Assembly (NCBI GenBank): GCA_039588275.1 | Contig: JBDHAC010000061.1 | Coordinates: forward strand, 1 to 22,329 | Source: Gemmatimonadota bacterium | Lineage (GTDB): Bacteria > Gemmatimonadota > Gemmatimonadetes > Palauibacterales > Palauibacteraceae | Reading direction: 5' to 3' | Length of the DNA: 22,329 bases | In this document: one piece after another, positions 1 to 8,844 of the stretch | Layout: each line of letters starts with the position of its first letter | Position numbering within the stretch: position 1 is the first letter of the stretch | Translations under genes and position numbers: made by a program | Notes under the pieces: model-generated | Databases searched by the model: none | What the model saw: only the letters and a program-made list of their open reading frames with translations | Told to the model about the DNA's origin: nothing

Positions 1-1502
1 ATCTCGTCCCAGGCGTAGATCCGATGCTCGAGCGTGCCGCGCAACGTGCGGGTACCGACGTATGCGTGCGGACCCCACAGCCGCAGGTCCACCTCGAACC
101 CCACGTCGAACTCGTTCCCCGGGGGCGGATTCTCCAGGATGCCGCCGATGACGCGGAGCAGGGTGATGTGACGCGGTGAGGATTGGAGGGCGGCCGTCGC
201 GATGCCGACGACACGCCCTGAATCGAGCCCCGCGGAGTTGAAGAGTCCGTTCGCGTCGAAACGCGCCTTGGCGAGCAGCGGTCCGCTCCGCCCGCCGGCG
301 CCCAGAACGACCCGCGCCCCGACCCCCGTGTCACCGTACCCCCACGATCCCGGTGCCAGCTTCAGGCTCAGAAACGCGAACCGGCTCAGGTCGAGGTCCT
401 CCTCGTTGAACCCATTGAAGTGGTTCACCCGAGTGAAGTGCCCCCGCCGGTACTCCGCGAACTGGTTCACCCGAGTGAAGTGCCCCCGCCGGTACTCCGC
501 GAACGCGCCGATCAACCCGTAGACCGAGTCGGGAACCGCGAAGAGACTGTCGGCGAGCGGTTCGATCGCCGGTGGAGGCGCCAGGAAGTGCTCTTCAGCT
601 CGGACCTCGGCCGTCGCGCCAATACGCACGTACTCGCGCGGTGAGGCGACCGGCGCGTACGAGACGAAGACGCGGTTGATCGTCGCGCGACGCTGCCACG
701 CGGTCGTGTCGCGAACGCCGGGCGCGAAGGTCCGATACTGGAACAGGCGGCCGCTGAACGCCTCGCCTCCGTACACCAACGACCAGCGGTCGGAGAAGGA
801 CCGGTACGAGTTCCCGATACCCCACGTTCCGGCGCTGCGGTCGGATAGGTCTTCATAGGTTCCGCCCACGCCGAAACGGCTTCCGCCGAACCGCGGCAAG
901 CGGCCCGCGAACACCACGCCGTCACGGTCCGCTTGCCGCACGTACCAGACGCGCAGGAGATTGCCGGTCCCCGCGACGTTCTCCTCCGTGACCCCGATCG
1001 ACCCCGTCAGAGTGCCGTCCGAAGCGATGTTCGCCTGGATCCGCGGCTTGATGCTCCAGGCGTCCCGCGTACGCACGACCGCCGCCAGCTTGCCGTTCAC
1101 TCGGGCGGTGTCAACGCGGACGCTGCGGAAGATTCCCAACTGTCGGAGGTTGCGCTCGCTCTCCTCGGCCAGCACCGAGTCGAACGGAGCTCCGGCCTCC
1201 AGCAACAGCTCGCGCCGGACCACGTAGCCCCGGGTCGTCGAATGGATGTCGTTCAGGAGCCTGAGCAACGCGTTCCGATCCGCATCCTCTTCGCGGAACA
1301 CGTCCTCGCGCAGGATCACGAGCGTATCGATGATCGCGGCACTCTCGCGGGGCGACGCGCCCTCGGGACGCGGGCTGGCGACCTGTGCGCGGAGAGGTGC
1401 AGCGACCGTCATCGAGGCGCAGGCAGTGATAGCGGCCGCCATGAGACGGGCGGCCGGATCCAGCCGTGCGCGCGCTGTACGAGGAGCAGGACTCGTTCGC
1501 AT
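1..1502 (-). CDS. Omp85/BamA-TamA-like outer membrane protein with N-terminal POTRA domain (runs off the left edge)
   Basis: Not in the ORF track because the stop lies outside the window. Manual translation from ATG 1502 (alternative ATG 1442) is open to position 1. It shows a signal-like segment ending APLRAQ, POTRA-like TRGYVVRRELLLEAGAPFDSVLAEESERNLRQLGIFRSVRV, then TRDAWS and EENVAGTGN typical of the POTRA-barrel junction, followed by amphipathic beta-strand-like sequence. Confidence 0.75.
   Translation of the reverse strand, partial: MRTSPAPRTARARLDPAARLMAAAITACASMTVAAPLRAQVASPRPEGASPRESAAIIDTLVILREDVFREEDADRNALLRLLNDIHSTTRGYVVRRELLLEAGAPFDSVLAEESERNLRQLGIFRSVRVDTARVNGKLAAVVRTRDAWSIKPRIQANIASDGTLTGSIGVTEENVAGTGNLLRVWYVRQADRDGVVFAGRLPRFGGSRFGVGGTYEDLSDRSAGTWGIGNSYRSFSDRWSLVYGGEAFSGRLFQYRTFAPGVRDTTAWQRRATINRVFVSYAPVASPREYVRIGATAEVRAEEHFLAPPPAIEPLADSLFAVPDSVYGLIGAFAEYRRGHFTRVNQFAEYRRGHFTRVNHFNGFNEEDLDLSRFAFLSLKLAPGSWGYGDTGVGARVVLGAGGRSGPLLAKARFDANGLFNSAGLDSGRVVGIATAALQSSPRHITLLRVIGGILENPPPGNEFDVGFEVDLRLWGPHAYVGTRTLRGTLEHRIYAWDE
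421..504. repeat. Perfect 42-bp tandem duplication inside the outer membrane protein gene
   Basis: TGGTTCACCCGAGTGAAGTGCCCCCGCCGGTACTCCGCGAAC occurs at 421-462 and 463-504. On the minus strand it encodes FAEYRRGHFTRVNQ FAEYRRGHFTRVNH. Confidence 0.97.
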
Positions 1503-1554
1503 CCTATCTACATAACAACGTCTGAGCCGGCCTCGCACGTACGCGCTTCCAGGC

Positions 1555-2021
1555 CTACGGGCCGATCGGGGGCAAGGACGGGCCCTCGTACACCCGAATC
1601 CCGGCTTCGGCTCGGAACCCCTCGGCGATCTCGGAGAGGGTCTCACCTGTCACGGGATGAACGGCATCCGGCGCCAGGTCGGCCAGCGGCAACGCCACGT
1701 GAGCCCGCGTCAGGATCTCCGGATCCGGGATGTCGATCCCGGACTTGCGGTCGGCGAGCACCAGCTCCCCCGCGAGCGCGATGTCGAGGTCGATCGTCCG
1801 CGGCGCGTTCGGGTCGCTGGTGCGAATACGCCCCAATTCTGCTTCGAGAGGCCGAAGGTGGCCGAACTTCAGCTCGGCCGGGGCGAGGTCCGTATCGATC
1901 GCGCCCGATAGATCCGGGACACACCGACGAGCGGAAACCGGTCTCTCAGTGCCCCGATCGCCAGGAGAAGGTTCGCCGCCGGCTCGATGTTCGAGCCCAG
2001 GCTGATCAGGATCGTGCTAAT
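1555..2021 (-). pseudogene. folK: 6-hydroxymethyl-7,8-dihydropterin pyrophosphokinase (HPPK), internally deleted and frameshifted as assembled
   Basis: The N-terminal frame reads STILISLGSNIEPAANLLLAIGALRDRFPLVGVSRIYRA. The C-terminal frame reads AIDTDLAPAELKFGHLRPLEAELGRIRTSDPNAPRTIDLDIAL...PDPEILTRAHVALPLADLAP. The frames switch at ~1902-1904, and the conserved P-x-G...F/Y-L-N-A segment is absent. Confidence 0.9.
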
Positions 2022-2086
2022 CGCGGGCCTCCCCGGTACGCGTCCTGTCCTCGCTCCACGATCCGTTCGGGCGCCGCGTCGCCTGC

Positions 2087-2464
2087 CTAGAGGAAGTCAG
2101 ATGCGCCCCTTTCGATCTCCACGCCCACGGAGCGCGCGAACCGCAAGGCGCCCGGCTTCTCGACGCGTACGATGGCCCGTTCGGCGCCGTGAACGATCAC
2201 CGCGATCCGTGCGATCTCGGTCGCCAGCGCCTCGACGAGGAAGTGTGACGATCCTTCGACGTACGCGATGATGTCCTTGGTGAGCGTCCGGTAGTTGAGC
2301 GAATCGGTCATGTCGTCGGAGCCGCCCGCCGGCGCGGCGTCCAGGAACACCTCGAGGTTTATGAGGATGTCCTGCTTCGTCTTCCGCTCCCAGTCGTTGA
2401 TCCCGACGATCCCCCGGAGCAGCAGATCCCTGATCACGATCTTGTCACGCGCCGCCATGCTCAT
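2087..2464 (-). CDS. folB: Dihydroneopterin aldolase / FolB-FolX family
   Basis: Motifs GIVGINDWER, LNYRTL, LVEALA and VEKPGA...VGVEIER. It lies between a pteridine reductase and folK. Confidence 0.88.
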   Translation of the reverse strand: MSMAARDKIVIRDLLLRGIVGINDWERKTKQDILINLEVFLDAAPAGGSDDMTDSLNYRTLTKDIIAYVEGSSHFLVEALATEIARIAVIVHGAERAIVRVEKPGALRFARSVGVEIERGASDFL

Positions 2465-2511
2465 CTCCCGCCTGTCCGCCCCACCGTGGTGGCCCCGCCG
2501 CCAGGCCGAGG

Positions 2512-3312
2512 CTACCGGCCGCCCGACAGGAGGCGCTCGCCTCCATCGATGACGATCATCTCGCCCGTCACGAAATCGTTCTGCGCGAGGAACACGACGG
2601 CCTCGCCGACATTGGACGGCTCACCGGTGCGACGCAAAGGAAGGCGCTCGCCTCTCCGTCGCCACTCCTCGCTGTCCTCCTCCTCACCGGGGGGAGGGAG
2701 GATGGGGCCGGGGACCACCGCGTTCACTCGAACGTCGGGTCCCAGCTCCCGCGCCGCGACCCTGGTGAGGTGAAGCAGCGCCGCCTTGCTCACCCCATGG
2801 TGCGCGTAGCCGCGCCAGGGGGTGAGGGCGCTGATATCGGCCACATTCACGATCAAGCCGGGAACGGCCCGCTCACCCCCGCGTCGCCCTCCCTCGTCCC
2901 CCGGTTGCCCTCGCTCGCCGCCGCGCATCAGCCGAGCCGCCGCCTGGGAGCACAGGAACGGGGCCCGGAGGTTGATCGCCATCACCGCGTCCCAATCCTC
3001 GGCCGTGATCACCTCGAACGGCGCTCGCTCGAACGAGGCCGCGCTGTTCACCAGGATATCGAGCCCGCCGAATCCCTGGCGAACGCCCTCGAACAGGGCG
3101 GAGATCTGCTCCGGCTCGACGAGGTCGGCCTGGATCGTGAGCGCCTCACCCCCCAGCTTGCCGATCCCGCGCGCCGCCTCCTCCGCCGGCTCGCGCGAGC
3201 GCAGGTAATGCACGACGACGCGGCAGCCCGCCTCGCCGAGCGCGAGGGCGATTGCCCGTCCGATGCGGTGTCCGGCGCCCGTGACGAGCGCGACGCGGCC
3301 TTCCAGGTTCAG
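2512..3312 (-). CDS. SDR oxidoreductase, FolM/PTR1-like pteridine reductase
   Basis: The frame extends 33 codons upstream of the ORF-track start to include VALVTGAGHRIGRAIA, the GxxxRxG cofactor motif of pteridine reductases. It also has VVVHY, LVNSAASF, SKAAL and VRVNAVVPGPIL. The probable start is CTG 3312, overlapping the upstream TGA. Confidence 0.85.
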   Translation of the reverse strand: MNLEGRVALVTGAGHRIGRAIALALGEAGCRVVVHYLRSREPAEEAARGIGKLGGEALTIQADLVEPEQISALFEGVRQGFGGLDILVNSAASFERAPFEVITAEDWDAVMAINLRAPFLCSQAAARLMRGGERGQPGDEGGRRGGERAVPGLIVNVADISALTPWRGYAHHGVSKAALLHLTRVAARELGPDVRVNAVVPGPILPPPGEEEDSEEWRRRGERLPLRRTGEPSNVGEAVVFLAQNDFVTGEMIVIDGGERLLSGGR

Positions 3313-4333
3313 CGGCCACCCCCCGCAAGGCCGCCGTCACCGTCAGCCTGCCCCTGCTCGGTGACGGGATAGCGGAAGCCTCGGTTCGGATACGGCGGTG
3401 GTGGTGGCACCGGCCGCGGATCCTGCTCGATCTTCTGGAGGAGGTGCGCGATCGCGGCGTCGAGCTGGGCATCCTCGCCCTTGAACGTGGCGTGCGGAAG
3501 GTTGTCGACCTCCACGTCGGGCACCACGCCGATCTGCTCGATCAGCCACTCGCCCTCGGGGCCGTACACGCCGGTCATCGGGGCGCGCGCGAGCCCCCCG
3601 TCGCTCAGCCGGTTCGAAGAGCTGAGCCAGATCTCGCCGCCCCACGTGCGCAGGCCGATCACCTCGCCCAAGCCCAGCCGCCGGAAACCGTCGGCGAACG
3701 CTTCGCCGTCGGAGGCCGTGTTCTGGTCGACGAGCACGACCATATGCCCGCGGAAGGCGTAGTGCATGTTCCAGGTGGGTTGGCCGACCCGCCCCTTCCA
3801 GTACATCCACGGCCGCCGCAGGAGCTTTTCGAGGATGAACGCGTCGATGTTGCCACCCCGGTTGTGGCGCACATCGATGATCAGCCCCTGGCGGTTGAAG
3901 ACGGGATAGAACTCGCGGTACCACTGCGTGATGTCGTTCGACCCCATCGCCCGCAGGTGGACGTATCCGATCGCCCCCTCGCCCATCTCCTCGACGACCT
4001 GGCGGCATCCGTACTCCCAGTCGCTGTACCGGATGCCGAATTCGTTACCGACCGGAGACCACCTTCCGTCGTGGCAATCCACAGATCGCCCTCCGCAGCG
4101 AACACGATCGTGTTGCCGCGCAGGGCCGGGTAGCGGTAGAAGCCCTGCATGCCAGTTGCCGGGAACACGTCCGCCGCGAGTACCTCTGATGCCGAGACGC
4201 TGGCTGCGGTCGGGGTGGCTTGCACCCCAGCTTCGTCGGCGACCTGAGCCACCGTGTCTCCCGTCCAGGTTGCCAGGGTCAGGACGAGGGCAGTGGTGAA
4301 CGGAACAGAGCGGGACAGTATGGCGGAACGCAT
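3309..4333 (-). pseudogene. Tricorn-like S41 protease with large internal deletion and frameshift
   Basis: ATG 4333 gives a signal peptide plus GFYRYPALRGNTIVFAAEGDLW, the first propeller blade of tricorn proteases. At ~4055-4058 this joins out of frame to PVGNEFGIRYSDW...IGYVHLRAM...IIDVRHNRGGN...ASDGE...IGLRTWGG...EQIGVVPD, the C-terminal S41 domain. Confidence 0.88.
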
Positions 4334-4563
4334 CGGACTGCCTCTCCGGATCGCGGGTGACCGCTATTCGCAGGTGAAACGAGTGCTCGGATAGAAGCGT
4401 ATTTGGACTAGGGCCGGTGGACAACACCGGACAACGTGCCGAGAGGCCGGCACGTCATACGTGGGCGGGAGGAACGCGCACCCCCGGGCTCGCGTACCAG
4501 ATTGCTGGCGATAGTCACGTACCGGGCGACGGCGCCCGTACGATTCCATAGATTGGGCGGGAC

Positions 4564-6894
4564 ATGAATCTGCAGGAGCTGATCGGGGCCCTGAACGAAC
4601 GCAGGGCGTGGCGCTGGCTCATCGCCTACGCCGCCGCGTCCTGGGGCTTGACGGAAGCCACCGGCTTCCTGATCGACACCTACGGCGTGTCCCGCACGAT
4701 GCTGGACGTGCTCATCTTCCTGATCGTCGCGTGCTTCCCGATCATCCTCACTCTCGTGTGGTTCCACGGGGCCAAGGGACACCAGCGCGTGAACCGTCTG
4801 GAGGGCGTCATCCTAGCGGTGCTGGTGGCGGTGGCGGCTGCCGGGAGCGTGTGGATCGCCACCGGCGAGGTCGCCCCGAGCGCCGCTGCGCTTGCGGCGG
4901 CGGAGCCCGCCGTCGACCTGGGAGAGGGTTCGGTCGCCGTGCTCCCGTTCAACAACTCGATCGAGGACGAAGGGCTCCAATGGTTGGACCGCGGACTCGC
5001 GGAGCTGCTCGCCACGCACCTGGCGCAGGTGGACGGCCTCAAGGTCGTGAGCGCGCAGCGGATCTCCGATCTCCTGCGTCAGAACGGCATGGGGGAGCTG
5101 AGGCAGGTCCCCGTCGGGCTCGAGCCCCAGATCACCCGCCTGGCGGGCGCGCGTCTGATGGTGACGGGATCCGTGTACGGCCGTCCCGAGTCCCTCGCGA
5201 TCACGGCCAACCTCGCCAACGCGCGTACGGGTGAGATCCTCGCGAGCGCGAACGCACGCGGTTCGGACGTGTTCACGGTCGTCGATTCGATCTCGCTCGC
5301 GATGTCGCGCCAGATCACCGGGGTCTCGGTCCAGCCCACCGAACTGGCCTCGGCGGCGCAGCTCACGACGACCGACATCGAGGCGTATCGCGAATACCAG
5401 GCGGGGCGTGAGGCTTTCCAGCGCTTCCTGGACGGGGAAGCGGCGTCCCACTTCCGTCGGGCCATCGAGTTGGATTCCGCTTTCGCGCTCGCGCACTTCC
5501 GGCTAGGCATGGCGCTCGTGCGCCTGGGGAGCGGGTCCGAAGCGTTCGAGCACTTCACGCTCGCGCGGGAGAGCCTGACGGCGGTGTCGGAGCGCGACAG
5601 CCTGTTCATCGAGGGAATGTGGGCGCAGGCGTTCGAGCCCGAGCGCTCGGACGCGCTCCTACGGGAGCTCATTCGCAAGTACCCGGACGAGAAGGAAGTT
5701 CGGGTGATCTTCGCTTCGATGCTGGATGACCGCGACACAGAGGAGGCCCGGGCCGAGATTCGCCACCTGCTCGAGGAGGCGATTCGGCTCGACCCGCTCC
5801 ACGCCGCGGCCTACAACCAGCTCGCGTACGTGTACGCGTCGGCACAGGACTACGCTGGCGCCGACTCCCTGATCCGGCGGTATGTGGAGCTGGAGCCGGG
5901 TCTGCCGAACCCGTACGACTCGCGGGGCGAGATCCTCGAGTTCTCGGGTCGCTTCGACGAGGCGCGGGACTCCTACAGGGAGGCTCTCCGCCTGAGAGAG
6001 GACTTTCGGCCTTCGCTGGAGCACCTCGCCAGATCCTACGTGAGGGAGGACAGGTGGGCTGACAGCCGGGCCGAGCTTCAGCGCTATCTGGACTCGCCGG
6101 TGCCGGACATGCAGGTGATCGCAGGCGTTATGGTCGGCGACACCTACATGTGGGAGGGGGAGATCGAAGAGGGGCTGGCCACCTACGAGCGGGCCGATCG
6201 CGCGGCCGTCGAAGCGGAGCGCCCAGACCTACGCGGGTATCCGCTGGGCCAGATCCTGAACACGCACGTCACGTTCGGCCGCTACGAGGAGGCGAGCGCC
6301 ACTTTCGATACGCTCGCCCAGTTCGAGCCGCTCGCGGATGAGTGGTACTGGATTCGAACCGAGCCTCTGCGAGCAGCCGGCGACGTGGCGGGGCTCGAGG
6401 CGTTGAAGGCCGAGGTCGTGGCTCGCTACACCGACGAGGATATCCCTCCACAGGTGCCTCAACTCTTCTCGGCCGTCAGCGATATGGAGATCGCTTGGGT
6501 TCAGGGCGACTACCATCGCGTACTGGAACTGTACGAGCAGCTCCCGGGTCAGATCGACGACGTGCCCGGCTGGATCAGGATCCGCTCGCTGCTGGAGCTC
6601 GGGTTCGCGGAGCGGGCGGTTCAGATCCTGGAGGATCTGGGCTATCCGGATATCCTGGACGGTGTTTCTCGGATCGATCCCCTGACCTGGCGCCAGGGAC
6701 AGTACCTCGCGGGCCGCGCGTACGAGGCGATTGGAGACACTCTCGCGGCCTTCGGATTCTACGAGGATCTCGTCACCGGTTTCGGCGACGCGGTGGAGCG
6801 GATTCCGCTCATGGCCGATGCGCCGCAGCGGCTCGATGCGCTACGCGCGGGTGCCGAGGCGGCGGCCGCCGAATCAGTGAGCGATCAGCCCTAA
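4564..6894 (+). CDS. Membrane-anchored TolB-N/FlgO-like domain plus tetratricopeptide repeat protein
   Basis: 776-aa ORF with three N-terminal hydrophobic helices, a SVAVLPFNN...WLDRGLAELL module and TPR-like repeats (FRRAIELDSAFALAHFRLG, LEEAIRLDPLHAAAYNQLA, YVELEPGLPNPYDSRG). Confidence 0.85.
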   Translation: MNLQELIGALNERRAWRWLIAYAAASWGLTEATGFLIDTYGVSRTMLDVLIFLIVACFPIILTLVWFHGAKGHQRVNRLEGVILAVLVAVAAAGSVWIATGEVAPSAAALAAAEPAVDLGEGSVAVLPFNNSIEDEGLQWLDRGLAELLATHLAQVDGLKVVSAQRISDLLRQNGMGELRQVPVGLEPQITRLAGARLMVTGSVYGRPESLAITANLANARTGEILASANARGSDVFTVVDSISLAMSRQITGVSVQPTELASAAQLTTTDIEAYREYQAGREAFQRFLDGEAASHFRRAIELDSAFALAHFRLGMALVRLGSGSEAFEHFTLARESLTAVSERDSLFIEGMWAQAFEPERSDALLRELIRKYPDEKEVRVIFASMLDDRDTEEARAEIRHLLEEAIRLDPLHAAAYNQLAYVYASAQDYAGADSLIRRYVELEPGLPNPYDSRGEILEFSGRFDEARDSYREALRLREDFRPSLEHLARSYVREDRWADSRAELQRYLDSPVPDMQVIAGVMVGDTYMWEGEIEEGLATYERADRAAVEAERPDLRGYPLGQILNTHVTFGRYEEASATFDTLAQFEPLADEWYWIRTEPLRAAGDVAGLEALKAEVVARYTDEDIPPQVPQLFSAVSDMEIAWVQGDYHRVLELYEQLPGQIDDVPGWIRIRSLLELGFAERAVQILEDLGYPDILDGVSRIDPLTWRQGQYLAGRAYEAIGDTLAAFGFYEDLVTGFGDAVERIPLMADAPQRLDALRAGAEAAAAESVSDQP

Positions 6895-6900
6895 GCGCCC

Positions 6901-8679
6901 TCAGGCCGGCTGGGGAGCTCCCGTCGGGGCTCCCTCCGCGTCCGACGCTTCGCCCGCCGCCTTCGTCTCCTCCATCTTGGCGACGGCCATCTCCCGCATG
7001 CGGTATTTCTTGATCTTCCCGGTGACCGTCAGCGGGAACTCGTCCACGAACCAGATGTGGGTGGGGATCTTGTAGTGCGCGATCTTGCGTTTGCAGAACT
7101 CGCGGATCTCTTCCTCCGTGGCCTCCTTATCGGCCTGGAGCTCGATCCACGCCATCGTCTCCTCGCCGTAGAACTCGTCGGGGATCCCGAACACCGAGAC
7201 CTCGGCGATCTTCGGGTGCGTGTACAGGAAGTCCTCGATCTCGCGCGGGTAGATGTTCTCGCCGCCGCGGATGATCATCTCCTTCAGCCGGCCGGTGATT
7301 CGGACGTACCCGTCCTCATCCATCGTCCCCAGGTCGCCGGAGTGTAGCCAGCCGGCCTCGTCGAGCGCCTCGGCCGTGGCCTCGGGATCATCGTAATAGC
7401 CCCGCATGACGTGGTAGCCGCGGAAGCAAACCTCCCCCACGCGCCCGACGGGCACCGTTTCGCCCGTTTCGACGTCCACCACCTTGACCTCTTGGTGGGG
7501 GAGGTTCGTGCCGACGGTTTCAACGCGACGCTCGAAGGTGTCATCGCGCGTCGTGAGGTGCGTGACCGGCGAGGCCTCGGTCTGCCCGTACCCGATCAGG
7601 ATGTCGTCGATGTGCATCTCCGCCATCACCCGCGTCATGAGCGCGGGCGGGCAGGGGGCTCCGGCCATGATCCCAGTGCGGAGGCTCGTGAGGTTGAACT
7701 CCGAGAATCGCGGGTGATCGAGCTCGGAGACGAACATCGTGGGCACGCCGTGCAGGGCGGTGCACCGTTCCCGGTCCACGGCCTGCAGGACGCGGAGCGG
7801 GTCGAAGTGCTCGCACGGGATCACGAGGCACGCCCCCGTCGAGAAGCACAGCATCGTCGAGATCACCATCCCGAAGCAGTGATAGAAGGGGATCGGCACA
7901 CACAGCCGGTCCGCCTGGGTGAAGTTCATCGCCTGCGCGCAGAAATAGGCGTTGTTGAGGACGTTCCGGTGCGTGAGGATGACGGCCTTCGGGTAGCCGG
8001 TCGTGCCCGACGTGTACTGGATGTTGATCGGGTCGTCCATGTCGAGCGTCGACGTGACCCGGTCCAGCTCGGCCATCGGCACCTGCTTACCCGCGTCCGC
8101 GAGCCCCTTGCAGGTCGCGACGCCGGGGTACGGCCGCTCGAAGCCCAGCGGATCGGTCGGATCGTAGACCACGACCGTGTGAAGATCGGGGAACTCCTCG
8201 CTCTCGAGCCTGGGAGCGGGAGGCCCCGGCAGCGGCGACGCTCCGGCCTCCTTCAGCTCCGGAAGGAGCTCCGTGAGCATCCCCACGTAGTCGCTGGTCC
8301 GAAACGAGGGGATCGTCACCACGCACTGCACTCGCGACTTCCTGAGCGCGTACGCCAGCTCACGGGGTCGGTAGGCGGGGTTCAGGTTGACCAGGACCGC
8401 ACCGATCCGGGCCGTCGCCATCTGCACGAGCAGCCATTCGATGTTGTTGACCGACCAGATTCCGACCCGGTCTCCCCTCTGGATGCCGATGCCCAGGAAG
8501 CTGCGCGCGAGCTTGTCGATCCGGTCCGCGAGCTTGCCGTACGTGAGACGGCGGCCCTGCGGCAACGAGACGATCGCTTCGCGCTCCGGGTACCGTTCCG
8601 CGATTCGGCGGAAGTGCTCCGGAATGGTCAGACCGAGGAGCGGCTCCTCCCCGCCCCGGTGGAGATAGCTCTTCTTCAT
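6901..8679 (-). CDS. AMP-binding acyl-CoA synthetase (ACSF2-like medium/long-chain fatty acid-CoA ligase)
   Basis: Motifs IQYTSGTTGYPKA, YGQTEASP, GWLHSGDLG, GRLKEMIIRGGENIYPREIE and PLTVTGKIKK. The start is set at ATG 8679 (MKKSYLHRGG), not the upstream ORF-track start. Confidence 0.93.
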   Translation of the reverse strand: MKKSYLHRGGEEPLLGLTIPEHFRRIAERYPEREAIVSLPQGRRLTYGKLADRIDKLARSFLGIGIQRGDRVGIWSVNNIEWLLVQMATARIGAVLVNLNPAYRPRELAYALRKSRVQCVVTIPSFRTSDYVGMLTELLPELKEAGASPLPGPPAPRLESEEFPDLHTVVVYDPTDPLGFERPYPGVATCKGLADAGKQVPMAELDRVTSTLDMDDPINIQYTSGTTGYPKAVILTHRNVLNNAYFCAQAMNFTQADRLCVPIPFYHCFGMVISTMLCFSTGACLVIPCEHFDPLRVLQAVDRERCTALHGVPTMFVSELDHPRFSEFNLTSLRTGIMAGAPCPPALMTRVMAEMHIDDILIGYGQTEASPVTHLTTRDDTFERRVETVGTNLPHQEVKVVDVETGETVPVGRVGEVCFRGYHVMRGYYDDPEATAEALDEAGWLHSGDLGTMDEDGYVRITGRLKEMIIRGGENIYPREIEDFLYTHPKIAEVSVFGIPDEFYGEETMAWIELQADKEATEEEIREFCKRKIAHYKIPTHIWFVDEFPLTVTGKIKKYRMREMAVAKMEETKAAGEASDAEGAPTGAPQPA

Positions 8680-8844
8680 CGGATCTGTTCTCCCCGCATC
8701 TATGTGGCCCTCGACGGGCCGAAGGATGCCCCTCCTCGGTGGGCGGGCACCCCGGATTCTCCTCGAATTCCCCCCGAGTCCGGGCTGGAGTTGGGTTCGG
8801 GATTCTGTCCGTTTCAGTGGCAAACCAGGGGCCGCGGAGGGGTA

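Noticed and set aside
421..504. Possible CRISPR repeat or attachment site
   Set aside because: Two abutting copies with no spacer, in frame within a gene.
4059..4427. ORF-track N-terminus of the 372-aa S41 ORF
   Set aside because: Off-frame read-through upstream of the deletion junction. The real N-terminus is in the frame starting at 4333.
4414..4435. GGACAAC direct repeat and small hairpin in a divergent promoter region
   Set aside because: Too short to distinguish from chance without comparative data.
8775..8790. AGTCCGGGCT resembling the RNase P RNA core
   Set aside because: It lacks the preceding GAGGAA and the 3' AGAACCCGGCUUA element.
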